From the NCBI GenBank assembly GCA_938038445.1, contig CALHRZ010000003.1:86788-150787 (forward strand): a stretch of DNA of 64,000 nt, given 5' to 3'. Origin of the DNA: an uncultured bacterium. Lineage in GTDB: Bacteria; Verrucomicrobiota; Kiritimatiellia; CAIKKV01. Numbering within the stretch: position 1 is the first letter of the stretch; each line of letters begins with the position of its first letter. Shown piece after piece: positions 19,171-28,278 of this stretch. The translations under genes and the position numbers were made by a program. The notes under the pieces were generated by a model. It was not told where the DNA came from. It worked only from the letters and a program-made list of their open reading frames with translations, and did no database searches.

Positions 19171-19491
19171 ATGAAACAAGAGATGGCGCAGCCGATCAAG
19201 CTGGCGGAGGCTGTTGCGTATCAAAAGGAGGCGGTGGTGAGTCGCACTCTTCTCGACCGCAAGACGGGAACTTTGACCGTTTTTTCGTTCGATGCGGGCC
19301 AGGGATTGAGCGAGCACACGTCGCCATATGACGCGACGGTGCAGATTTTGGACGGCGAAGCGGAGATCACGATTGGTGGAAAGACGCAGACCGTTCGTTC
19401 GGGCGAACTCCTCATCATGCCGGCGGGGGTTCCGCATTCTTTGCGTGCGGCGGTTCCGTTCAAGATGCTGTTGATTATGATCCGATCCTGA
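19171..19491 (+). CDS. Cupin domain protein
   Basis: VVSRTL, TVFSFDAGQGLSEHTSP, MPAGVPHSL; GGAG RBS. Confidence 0.88.
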   Translation: MKQEMAQPIKLAEAVAYQKEAVVSRTLLDRKTGTLTVFSFDAGQGLSEHTSPYDATVQILDGEAEITIGGKTQTVRSGELLIMPAGVPHSLRAAVPFKMLLIMIRS

Positions 19492-19656
19492 CGGTTGCGG
19501 GGCGAATCTGTTCTCCAAGCCAAGGGATTGGGAGGTTCGATCGGTTTCGTTCTGTAATTCGGCCTGACACCGTTTCGACCATGGAGCGGTGGAGTTACCG
19601 TTGGCATATGGTGGTTACTGCTTTATGGTACATTGTGTCGGAAGTCGCATCCCTTT

Positions 19657-19860
19657 CCGGAACTACAGAACGATGTTTTTCGGTGACGAACATTCGCCGG
19701 GCTTCCGGCACGGAGTGCCGGAACTACAGAACGACGTTTGTTGATGACGAACATTCGCCGGGCTTCCGGCACGGAGTGCCGGAACTACAGAACGACGTTT
19801 GTTGATGACGAACATTCGCCGGGCTTCCGGCACGGAGTGCCGGAATTACAGAACGATGTT
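19657..19860. repeat. Tandem array of ~3.3 copies of a 61-bp unit containing a GTAG-type REP-like palindrome
   Basis: Unit TGACGAACATTCGCCGGGCTTCCGGCACGGAGTGCCGGAACTACAGAACGACGTTTGTTGA starts at 19684, 19745 and 19806. Hairpin TTCCGGCAC-GGA-GTGCCGGAA is followed by CTAC. Confidence 0.92.
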
Positions 19861-20112
19861 AGTCGGTGAAGAGAAGGCCGGCCGGAAGGGTTTGGATCAG
19901 GGGAGGATTTCGTGTGGGGTTGTTTGGGAAGAGTTGTTTATTTATTGCACAATTGGTGGTCGGGGGCAGGGGACCTTCTGATAAAAGCACGGGGCGGGGG
20001 GTTTATGTTCTCGTTCCGCGTCGGGTCCCGTTTTTGCGAAAGGGCGCTTATTTCTCTTGATTCTTGGGGAACAGACATTGATAATACTAAGTTTGAATTG
20101 TTGGAGAAGAAT

Positions 20113-20676
20113 ATGCCCTACAGTGCATCCGATCTGCGGAAAGGCCTTAAAATCGAGGTCAACGGTCAGCCGTACGTTATAACCGAATTTTCCTTTATGA
20201 AGCCCGGCAAAGGGGCGGCGATTTACAATTGCCGGATCAAACATATGGTGACGGGCGAGACGCAGGTCAAGTCGTACCGATCCAACGATGTGATTGACAA
20301 GCCGGAACTGGACGAACGCAAGGCGGCATTTTCCTATGCGGAGGACGACCGGTACATCTTTACGGACGAGAACTATGAGGAGATCGCCGTGCCGAGTCAG
20401 GTGCTGGGCGACAAGCGGTTTTTTCTTTCCGACAACATCGAATGCGAGATTCTTCTTCACAAGGGGCGTCCCATTGATGTGACGCTGCCTGTTTTTGTGG
20501 TGAAAGAGATTGTGGAAACGGAACCGGGTGCCCGTGGCAATACGGCGACCAATGTGACCAAGCCGGCCAAGATCGAGGGGGGCTACGAACTTCAGGTTCC
20601 TCTTTTTGTGAGTCAGGGCGACAAGGTTAAAATCGACACGCGGACGGGGGCGTTTGTTGAACGTGTTCTGAAATGA
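20113..20676 (+). CDS. efp: Elongation factor P
   Basis: SDLRKGLKI, KPGKG loop, ETEPGARGNTA, KPA, VPLFV..GD..KIDTRTG. Confidence 0.96.
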   Translation: MPYSASDLRKGLKIEVNGQPYVITEFSFMKPGKGAAIYNCRIKHMVTGETQVKSYRSNDVIDKPELDERKAAFSYAEDDRYIFTDENYEEIAVPSQVLGDKRFFLSDNIECEILLHKGRPIDVTLPVFVVKEIVETEPGARGNTATNVTKPAKIEGGYELQVPLFVSQGDKVKIDTRTGAFVERVLK

Positions 20677-21584
20677 ACCGGATTCGGGCGGTGCTCGAAA
20701 TGCGGGCCTGCATCCGGGGCGCGATACGGGCTTTTTTTGACGAGCGGGGCTATCTCGAGGTGGAGACGCCGGTGCGGATTTCTCCTCCGGCGCTTGAACG
20801 GTACATTGACGCCGAGTTTTCGGGGGATGCCTGGCTTCGGACCTCGCCCGAGTTTCACATGAAGCGGTTATTGGCGGAGGGCATTTCGCGGCTGTATCAA
20901 ATCGGTCCATGTTTTCGCCGTGGGGAGCGGGGGGATTTTCATCGGACCGAGTTTACGATGCTCGAATGGTATCGTGTGGGGGCGGATTATCGCGAGTTGC
21001 TGAGGGAGACGCGGGAGCTGCTGGGCGGGGTGATTCGGGCGGCGACGGGAAGCGGGGGGTTTGATTCGGCATGGGGTCGAGTTGTGGTGGAGGGGGAGTG
21101 GCTCGAATGGAGCGTTGCGGAGGTTTTCAGTCGGTGGGCCGGTTGGGATCCGGTTGCTGAGTGGGACGAAGAGCGGTTCGAGCGGGATTTGTTGTTTCGG
21201 GTGGAACCGAGGCTTCCGCGGGAGCGGCCGTGCGTGTTGATCGGCTATCCGGCGGCCGCTGCTGGGCTGGCTCGGAGGTCGAAGGAAGACCCTCGTTTGG
21301 CGGAGCGTTGGGAACTGTATTTAGGCGGAATTGAGCTGGTCAATGCGTGCAGCGAACTGACGGATGTGGAGGAGCAACGGCAGCGGTTTGCTGAATGGGC
21401 TGAGGGGCGGCGGCGGGAGGGGCGGCCGGTTTATTCTTTGGATGAAGGATATCTTCGGGCTTTGGAGAAAGGGCTACCGGCCTGTGCGGGAGCGGCCATG
21501 GGGGTTGATCGTCTGGTGATGCTATTGTGCGGAGCGAGGACGCTGGCCGAGGTTATTCCGTTTCCTGCGGAAGGGGAGGTGTAG
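20673..21584 (+). CDS. epmA: EF-P beta-lysyltransferase EpmA (PoxA/GenX)
   Basis: LysRS catalytic core without anticodon domain (EVETP, LRTSPEFHMKRLLA, EFTMLEWY, ERWELY, GVDRLVM); ATGA overlap with efp. Confidence 0.93.
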   Translation: MNRIRAVLEMRACIRGAIRAFFDERGYLEVETPVRISPPALERYIDAEFSGDAWLRTSPEFHMKRLLAEGISRLYQIGPCFRRGERGDFHRTEFTMLEWYRVGADYRELLRETRELLGGVIRAATGSGGFDSAWGRVVVEGEWLEWSVAEVFSRWAGWDPVAEWDEERFERDLLFRVEPRLPRERPCVLIGYPAAAAGLARRSKEDPRLAERWELYLGGIELVNACSELTDVEEQRQRFAEWAEGRRREGRPVYSLDEGYLRALEKGLPACAGAAMGVDRLVMLLCGARTLAEVIPFPAEGEV

Positions 21585-22614
21585 GGGGAACGTTGGGAGA
21601 AGGAGGCAGAGGCCGGCGCATTCGGAGTTCCTGCCGCAAGATTTCGAGGAAACGGGGAATGCCCTCGCCGGTGAGAGCGGAGAGAGGGATGGGGATATAG
21701 CCGGTTTGTTTCTGGAACTGTTTCAAATTCTCCTGTGCTTCCGAGAGATCCATTTTGTTGGCGACGATCAGAAAATCCCGTTCCGCGAGTTCCGGTTTAT
21801 AGAGCGCCAGTTCCCGGCGTAGGGTCTCGAAATCTTCCATAGGATTTCGTCCTTCCGTGCCTGCCATATCGAGGACATGGATGAGGAATCCGGCGCGTTC
21901 CACGTGGCGGAGGAAGTCGAATCCGAGGCCGGCACCTTTGTGGGCTCCGGGGATAAGGCCGGGGATATCCGCGATGCGGAGGGTGGTGTAGTCGTCGAAA
22001 CGGACGGTGCCGACGACGGGGTTGATCGTGGTGAAGGGATAGGCGGCCACCTTGGGGTGGGCGTGGCTGATGGCGCGGAGGAGGGCGGATTTTCCGGCGT
22101 TTGGAAATCCGATCAGGCCGGCGTCGGCCACGAGCTTTAGTTCCAGGCGAAGGGTTTTTTCTTCTCCCGGCTTCCCGGGGGTGTGTTCCCTGGGGGCGCG
22201 GTTGGTATTGCTGAGGAAGCGGGCGTTGCCGAAGCCGCCGGAGCCTCCTCGCGCGACGACGAGGGTTTCGTTCGGCCGGACGAGATCGGCAAGCTGTTCG
22301 CCGGTTGCTTCGTCATAGACTTCTGTTCCGCAGGGGACGAGTACGATTCGATCTTTTCCTTTTCGGCCGTAGCGGTTGGAGCCTTGGCCATGGGTGCCGG
22401 ATTCGGCGCGCTGATGGGGGTTGAAATGGAGGCGGATGAGCGAGTCGGTATCGGGGTCGGCGCGCAGCACCACATCGCCTCCGCGGCCGCCGTCGCCTCC
22501 GTCTGGTCCGCCGAACGGAACATATTTTTCCCGTCGGAAGCTGACGCAGCCGTTGCCGCCGTCCCCTCCCTTGGCGTAGATTTTGACGCGGTCAATAAAC
22601 TTATGGATTTTCAC
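21553..22614 (-). CDS. obgE: GTPase Obg/CgtA
   Basis: FIDRVKI..GGDGGNG, FRREKYVPFGGPDGGDGG, GFPNAGKS, YPFTT, DIPG, NKMD. Confidence 0.96.
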   Translation of the reverse strand: MKIHKFIDRVKIYAKGGDGGNGCVSFRREKYVPFGGPDGGDGGRGGDVVLRADPDTDSLIRLHFNPHQRAESGTHGQGSNRYGRKGKDRIVLVPCGTEVYDEATGEQLADLVRPNETLVVARGGSGGFGNARFLSNTNRAPREHTPGKPGEEKTLRLELKLVADAGLIGFPNAGKSALLRAISHAHPKVAAYPFTTINPVVGTVRFDDYTTLRIADIPGLIPGAHKGAGLGFDFLRHVERAGFLIHVLDMAGTEGRNPMEDFETLRRELALYKPELAERDFLIVANKMDLSEAQENLKQFQKQTGYIPIPLSALTGEGIPRFLEILRQELRMRRPLPPSPNVPPTPPLPQETE

Positions 22615-22628
22615 GAACGGTATTTTTC

Positions 22629-22668
22629 AAAAGAAAGGCGTCGCGGCGGGAGAAAGCGCCGCGACGCC
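22629..22668 (-). terminator. Intrinsic terminator between rpmA and obgE
   Basis: Perfect 12-bp stem GGCGTCGCGGCG/CGCCGCGACGCC with an 8-nt loop, followed by TTTCTTTT. Confidence 0.8.
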
Positions 22669-22691
22669 ATGAGGAGGTTCTCACGAATGCG

Positions 22692-22940
22692 TCAGGAAGA
22701 GGGGGGCAGTACGTGCACGCGATGGACGGCGGCTTTCTGGAATCGGACGATGCCGTCGGCCGTTGCAAAGATGGTGTCATCCCGCCCCCGCCTTGTGTTA
22801 CGGCCGGGGTGGATGCGGGTTCCCCGCTGGCGAACGATGATGCTACCGGCGGTGACAAACTGCCCGTCGCCGCATTTGACGCCGAGGCGTTTTCCGCAAC
22901 TGTCTCTTCCGTTTTTACCGCTTCCGCTGCTGCTGGCCAT
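22692..22940 (-). CDS. rpmA: 50S ribosomal protein L27
   Basis: [29 protein letters not shown]. Confidence 0.95.
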   Translation of the reverse strand: MASSSGSGKNGRDSCGKRLGVKCGDGQFVTAGSIIVRQRGTRIHPGRNTRRGRDDTIFATADGIVRFQKAAVHRVHVLPPSS

Positions 22941-22946
22941 GGCGAC

Positions 22947-23270
22947 TTACCCCTGGGCAATGAAGTGGTTGATTTTGATCACGGTCAGGCGTTGGCGAGC
23001 GCCCACTTTCCGCGAGTAACCCTTGCGCCGTTTCTTTTTGAAGGAGACGGTTTTGGGTCCCTTGATTTGGTCGAGAACCTCGGCTTCCACCTCGGTTCCC
23101 GCCAATGCTGGCGCTCCGATTTGGAGGCGGGTGCCATCGTTATAGGCGAGAACGGGGGTGAGCCGGAGGACGGCCCCCTTTTCGGCGGCGAGCGCATTGA
23201 CTTGAATGACATCGCCCTTATGGACGAGGTACTGTCGCCCGCCGTTCTGAATGACTGCATACGGTTCCAT
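22947..23270 (-). CDS. rplU: 50S ribosomal protein L21
   Basis: YAVIQNGGRQY, FKKKRRKGY..G.RQ..T. Start trimmed to ATG 23270. Confidence 0.95.
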   Translation of the reverse strand: MEPYAVIQNGGRQYLVHKGDVIQVNALAAEKGAVLRLTPVLAYNDGTRLQIGAPALAGTEVEAEVLDQIKGPKTVSFKKKRRKGYSRKVGARQRLTVIKINHFIAQG

Positions 23271-23309
23271 GAGCCACCTTGAGTCGCTGGTCGAATAAAA
23301 GGATAGGCG

Positions 23310-23338
23310 AAGATACAACACGGCCTAAAAAATGTCAA
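23310..23338 (-). promoter_or_regulatory. Sigma70 promoter of rplU-rpmA
   Basis: TTGACA-17 bp-TATCTT. Confidence 0.65.
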
Positions 23339-23393
23339 TCCCGCAAAACCAACGGACTTTAAACGGCTGTAGGGTAGGTGCCGGCCACACGGT

Positions 23394-24488
23394 TCATCGT
23401 TTTTTGCGGTTGGAGGGGAGAGGAAGGGAGGTGGCGGTTCCGCCTTTTCGGATGGATTCTTCGATGGCGAAACAGACTTGGTGGCTTTGGTAGGCATCCT
23501 CGATGGAAATGAGGGGGGGGAGGGCTTCGAGCAGTCGTCGGATGAACTCGTGTCGCATCCGACCGATGTCATGGCTGAAGGCGTGCAAACCGGCTGGTTC
23601 GTAGTCTTCGATGTGATCGAACACGACCCGCATGCCGCCGGAACCTGGCGGGTATTCTTCGAACCGGTTGAACGTCATTCGTTGGGCGAGCACATTGATG
23701 CCGACCGATCCACGTTCGAAGGTGGCGATGAGGGCCATGTCGTGTCCCATGTCGGAATTCCATCGTTTTGGATCGGGGGTTTGGGCGCTGTGGGTGTGGC
23801 TGGTGAAGAGGAAACCGGCGGTACCCGACTGGAACGTGATGAAGACGCCGGCATGGTCTTCAAACCGGTAGTGCGGGAGAACCCGCGGGCCGGCGAAGGC
23901 TTGCACCGAAGCGATTTCGCCGCCGAGGTAACGGAAGAGGTCTATTGCATGGATTGGCTCCATGAGGAAGAGTCCCCCGCTTTGTTCCGGCCGGGTTCGC
24001 CAGAGGCCGTTTCCTTCTTCGAGCCAGCCTCCGCGGTGGTGAAAAAATTCCAGCCGGCGGAGGGTTCCGTACTCGCCGGATTGGATTACGGACTGAAGCC
24101 GCTGGGTCATGATGGAGACGCGGAGTTCGAAATCCACGACACAGTGGCGTTGGGCTTTGAGAGCGGTGTCGCGCACGGCCCGGCATTCGGCTTCGGTGAT
24201 GCCCATGGGTTTTTCCAGGAAGACATGGACGCCGGCTTCGAGAAAAGCGATGGCCTGTTCGGCGTGGAACTTGTTGGGTGAGGCGATGAAAACGGCATCG
24301 AGTTTTTCGCGCTCGAGCATTGCACGGAAGTTCGTATAGAGGGCGATTTGGGGGGCTTGGGTGCCGGCTTTTTTGAGCTTGGCCTCATGGATGTCGCACC
24401 AAGCGATCGTTTCATAATCCGGTCCGTGATCGTTGTGGAGCCAGCCAATCTGGCCCAGGCGGAGTTTGGCCTTTGGCTTTTTGCTCAT
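23394..24488 (-). CDS. Gfo/Idh/MocA family oxidoreductase
   Basis: DAVFIASPN..H, HVFLEKPM, SGGLFLMEPIHAID. Confidence 0.88.
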   Translation of the reverse strand: MSKKPKAKLRLGQIGWLHNDHGPDYETIAWCDIHEAKLKKAGTQAPQIALYTNFRAMLEREKLDAVFIASPNKFHAEQAIAFLEAGVHVFLEKPMGITEAECRAVRDTALKAQRHCVVDFELRVSIMTQRLQSVIQSGEYGTLRRLEFFHHRGGWLEEGNGLWRTRPEQSGGLFLMEPIHAIDLFRYLGGEIASVQAFAGPRVLPHYRFEDHAGVFITFQSGTAGFLFTSHTHSAQTPDPKRWNSDMGHDMALIATFERGSVGINVLAQRMTFNRFEEYPPGSGGMRVVFDHIEDYEPAGLHAFSHDIGRMRHEFIRRLLEALPPLISIEDAYQSHQVCFAIEESIRKGGTATSLPLPSNRKKR

Positions 24489-24497
24489 AGGGATTTC

Positions 24498-26618
24498 TTA
24501 AGATTCCACCGTTTGGGCGGTACCGTTTTCCCAATCTGCGTTCAGCAGGAGCGGCACGCGGACCGAGGGGAAAGGGGGTGAAGTGGTTTCGCGGCCGGTT
24601 ACGGCATCGAAGGCACGACCGGCAAGGGCCTCGAAAAAGCCCCAGACGGCAACGCCGCGTGGATAGAGATGGAGATTGTTGCCGGAAAAGGTTTCGAAGA
24701 AGCCGAAAGGTCCTTGGGTGTTGACGGTGGTCTGCCAGTTCCAATAGCGTGGGAGGAGGGGGCGGAGGTCTACGCGGCGGTAGAAGGCCGCGATGTCCCG
24801 GAGCATGTTCATGGAAATCCAACCTGGGTTGAGTGCGGCTCCGACGAGTCCTTCTCGCGGACGTCCGGCGGGTTGTTCCGGGGTATAGTTCGAATGCACG
24901 CAGCCGTATTCGCGAAGACAGGCATCGGTGGCGAAGCGGAGGTCGTGCTGGAGACGGGAGGGCGAGAGGCCGAGGTCGGTTCCCACCATATCGAGCGGGG
25001 CGAGGGTGTTTGCCGTGTAGATGTGGGGGCTGTCCCAGCCGGGAATTTCGTCGTAGTCGCGGATTTCGCCGGTCCAGGGGTCACGGACGCCTTTTCCTTC
25101 GGGGTCGAGCAGGACGGCGTAATGCGATTCGCGCCACCCTTTTGCTTCGATGACGCGTCGAATGCGGCGGGCCTGGGCGGAGGCGGCCTGTGCGTTGACC
25201 GAGTGGCCCAGCGCCTTCCACATGGCGGCGGCGGCGGTCCATGCGCCGAGGCATTTGACTGCGAGATAGGTTTGGCGTTTGCCGAATTGGAGGGCGGGTG
25301 AAGCGTCGTCAATCGTGTTGGCAACTCCTTGGTCGGGGATTCCGTCGCCGGTGGAATCGCAAGCGCGGAGGAAGGCGAGGTAGCGGCTCCAGGTGGCGCG
25401 TTGTTGGCGTACGAGACGGAAGTCGCCGGTGCGGCGCCAGTGGAGGAAGAGGAGGAGGAGATAGTTGGCGGTTTCCTCGACTTCCATCTCGTGATGGTAG
25501 GCTTGGCCGTTGGCCGAAGCGCCTGCGCCGACATCGTGGGATTGGAAGAGGGTATTTCGGCCTTTTGAACCGAGGGTCTGGGTGCCGGGTTTCGCGTATT
25601 TGGGCCAGAATTCCAGTTCAAAACCGAGGAGTTCCGGCCAGAGGGTCAGGTAGAACGGGACCTGGGTGAATTCGACGTCAATCGTGGAATGGAAGTGGCA
25701 GTTTCCTTCCCAGACGGAGAACCAATCGCGGCCCTGACGATCCAGCCACCAGGTATTGAGAAGCCAGGAATGGAGGGTTTGGGCGAGGAGCGCATCGAAC
25801 ACCGGGCCGAGGTTATGGCTCTGGATGATGCCGTCGACTCGGCGGGCGTTTTCGAAGAGTTGTTCTGTATGAAGCGCGGCCCACATGGCGACCGCATCCA
25901 GCGAGGCGAAGCGGCGGGCATAACGAAAGGGGAGCCGCCGTCCCTGGACTTCGAAGAGGGGGGGATTCCAGACGCACCAGGCGAGGGTGAGAGCCTGGCC
26001 GCTGGCGGGGGCCACGGTTCGTTGGAAGCCGTTTGACGTCGCGTGGCCGTCCGGGGTAACGAAGCGATCGAGCTGGGGGATGATTTCTTCGCAGGAGGCT
26101 TCTCCGCCCTGGGGCGGCTGGCGGAACAGGCAGCTGTCGAAGCGGAGGTCTCCGGATTGGGGAGAGGTCTGTTGGAAGAGGAAGCCGGAACCGCCCGGTT
26201 CGAGGAAGAGGGTGACGGTACGGGGATATTCCCGGATGGGTTCCCAGCGGAAGTGTCCGGCCAACGGGGCCACTTCCAGGCGGATGGCGAGGATGGGGAT
26301 TGTAGAAAATTCGGCGTCGCGGGGTCGGAAGGGGGTGACGAAGGTCAAGGTGAATTTGAGTGCGCCGGCGGCATGGATTCCGATCCATCGGATGGTGCAG
26401 GGGGAAAGGCGCATATCGTAAAAGTCGAAGGGTCGGCCACGGCCCCCGAGGGGGAAGATGTATCGTTTGCCGCCGATGACGGCTCCTGCGCCGAGCGGGA
26501 GGAGGGGCATACGGGAGTAGCGATCGAAGCGGGCGATTCGGATACCACGGTGGACCGGATCGAGGACGATGCCGTGGCGGGTGCCGAGGGCAGCTAGTGG
26601 TTCACATTGGAGGTGCAT
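24498..26618 (-). CDS. DUF4965/GtaA-like six-hairpin protein, probable GH52-related glycoside hydrolase
   Basis: SVWEG..HSTIDV, SHDVG, HEMEVEETANY, NTIDD..TYLAVK, YPRGV. Confidence 0.65.
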   Translation of the reverse strand: MHLQCEPLAALGTRHGIVLDPVHRGIRIARFDRYSRMPLLPLGAGAVIGGKRYIFPLGGRGRPFDFYDMRLSPCTIRWIGIHAAGALKFTLTFVTPFRPRDAEFSTIPILAIRLEVAPLAGHFRWEPIREYPRTVTLFLEPGGSGFLFQQTSPQSGDLRFDSCLFRQPPQGGEASCEEIIPQLDRFVTPDGHATSNGFQRTVAPASGQALTLAWCVWNPPLFEVQGRRLPFRYARRFASLDAVAMWAALHTEQLFENARRVDGIIQSHNLGPVFDALLAQTLHSWLLNTWWLDRQGRDWFSVWEGNCHFHSTIDVEFTQVPFYLTLWPELLGFELEFWPKYAKPGTQTLGSKGRNTLFQSHDVGAGASANGQAYHHEMEVEETANYLLLLFLHWRRTGDFRLVRQQRATWSRYLAFLRACDSTGDGIPDQGVANTIDDASPALQFGKRQTYLAVKCLGAWTAAAAMWKALGHSVNAQAASAQARRIRRVIEAKGWRESHYAVLLDPEGKGVRDPWTGEIRDYDEIPGWDSPHIYTANTLAPLDMVGTDLGLSPSRLQHDLRFATDACLREYGCVHSNYTPEQPAGRPREGLVGAALNPGWISMNMLRDIAAFYRRVDLRPLLPRYWNWQTTVNTQGPFGFFETFSGNNLHLYPRGVAVWGFFEALAGRAFDAVTGRETTSPPFPSVRVPLLLNADWENGTAQTVES

Positions 26619-27119
26619 TGCGGTTACTCCTCAAAGGGGGTTGGAGAGAAATCGGTCAGGTTATCGGCGAGGAACGCCTCGCTGGTCTTCATGCGAGGGT
26701 TCTTCTGCGTGCGGTCATCGGCATGGGGATGTTTGAGAAGCCGTTGGATGCCAGGTGGCACATTGGGGTCAGTCCGATACGCGGAAGAGGCGGGAAGTGG
26801 AAGTGTGAAGGAGGCGATGGCGACCCGTGTTCCACATGGGGGGGATGGGGGAATTGAGCAGGCTGGGACGTAGGACGACTGGGAAGAGATCGGGTGGGGG
26901 CCGTTGCGGAATTGCGAAGGCGTGGGGGATGCATCCTCGGAGAGCCGAGGCTCGGAGACCCGGAAAAGCCGGCACGCGACGACGCTGCATGGAACACCTT
27001 GATGCCAACCAGCACGGGGGGAAATGTTACCTGATTATCCGAAGCGGGGCAAACAAAACCGTTGCCTCCCGGAGATCCGGAGGGTAAAGTCTTTCACAAA
27101 AGCGCATTTTCCTCACAAC

Positions 27120-28217
27120 ATGATGATGAAGATTCTCAAAGATTTTGAAGTTCGGCGTGGAACAGGGCAGCGGGTTCAGGAACAGGTCGAAGCGTTCGTG
27201 CGGCACCTGATCTGGACGGGACGACTGTTACCGGGGCAGCGGCTGCCTACGACGCATGAGATGTCGCGGCGGTGGAGAGTGAATCTGGTCTCGGTTCAGA
27301 AGGCGATGGAGCGGCTGACGAGCCGGGGGTTGCTGGAGCGGAAAACGCGGCTGGGGACGGTGGTCAAGCCTCTGACCATTGGGATTCTGACGGGGTGTGA
27401 TTTTGCGGCTCCGGAGCAGCACTATCACCGCGCGCTGGCGAAGGCTTTGCGGGAGGAGGTGGAGAAACACGGATGGGTTGGAGTGGTTTTCGACGATATC
27501 CGGCTGGCCGAAAAATTTGACCGGCTGGAGGAGTCGGAGGGCGTTCGGCGGCTGACGGCGGAATTGGCTCGGACGCCGTTTGCGGGCTTTCTGCAACTGG
27601 CGCTGACGACATCGACGTGGGCACTTTTCAAACGGATCAGTCCTTTGCCGGCCGTTCACTGCAGTCAGGTTTATCGGGATTCGGACGTGATGAACGACTA
27701 TTACCGGTTTGCCCAGGATGCGGTGGAGTGGTTGGCCCGTCGGGGGATGAAGCGGATTGAGATCTTTGGATTTGCCCCTCGGGATGAAGCCTACCAGGCG
27801 GCGGTAGCGGCGGCCTGTCGATTTGATCTTACTCCGCCACCGACGACCCCGCTGAAAGGCGGGGAGAGGAGTTTATCGGAGTCCTGCCGTCAGGCACTGG
27901 CGCTTTTGGACCGCTGGAAACGCAACGGGGGAATGCCGGGGGCGTTGGTGGTCACGGATGATGTCGCGATGAGGGGGGTTGCGATGGCGCTGATTCAGCG
28001 GGGCATTTCCAGCGACGCGTTGCTTGTGCTGACGCTGGCGAACGAGGAAGTGCTGCATGAATATGGATTTCCGGTTATACGGTATGCCTTTTCGACAAAG
28101 CGGAACGCGGAGCATGCGATGGAGCTTTTATGGCGGAAGCTGGTCGGGGAACCGCTTCCGGACCGGCCCATCCTTTTGGCCGGGCGCATTTTGGAGACGG
28201 ACGGCATTCCGAAATAA
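27120..28217 (+). CDS. GntR-HTH transcriptional regulator with a LacI-type sugar-binding domain
   Basis: PGQRLPTTHEM..VQKAMERL..GLLERKTRLGT HTH; ALVVTDDVAMRG. Divergent from the DUF4965 gene. Confidence 0.85.
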   Translation: MMMKILKDFEVRRGTGQRVQEQVEAFVRHLIWTGRLLPGQRLPTTHEMSRRWRVNLVSVQKAMERLTSRGLLERKTRLGTVVKPLTIGILTGCDFAAPEQHYHRALAKALREEVEKHGWVGVVFDDIRLAEKFDRLEESEGVRRLTAELARTPFAGFLQLALTTSTWALFKRISPLPAVHCSQVYRDSDVMNDYYRFAQDAVEWLARRGMKRIEIFGFAPRDEAYQAAVAAACRFDLTPPPTTPLKGGERSLSESCRQALALLDRWKRNGGMPGALVVTDDVAMRGVAMALIQRGISSDALLVLTLANEEVLHEYGFPVIRYAFSTKRNAEHAMELLWRKLVGEPLPDRPILLAGRILETDGIPK

Positions 28218-28278
28218 GCCCTGAGGCGGCAAGGAAACATCGTGTCGGATGATCGAAGAGGGGGGGGGTTATTTTCCT

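Noticed and set aside
19657-19860. CRISPR array (palindromic repeats with 61-bp period, Cas4-like gene 1.5 kb away)
   Set aside because: The would-be spacers are near-identical, there are no cas1/cas2 or effector genes, and the same palindrome is dispersed elsewhere like a REP.
19581-20060. Short ORFs spanning the tandem repeat
   Set aside because: The 61-bp unit is not a multiple of 3, so the ORFs are by-products of the repeat.
20673-21584. Truncated lysS pseudogene
   Set aside because: Loss of the anticodon domain and coupling to efp are diagnostic of EpmA.
26620-27119. Small ORFs or an ncRNA in the 500-bp divergent intergenic region
   Set aside because: The ORFs are low-complexity with no recognisable motif, and no riboswitch consensus was identified. 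Probably a promoter/operator region.
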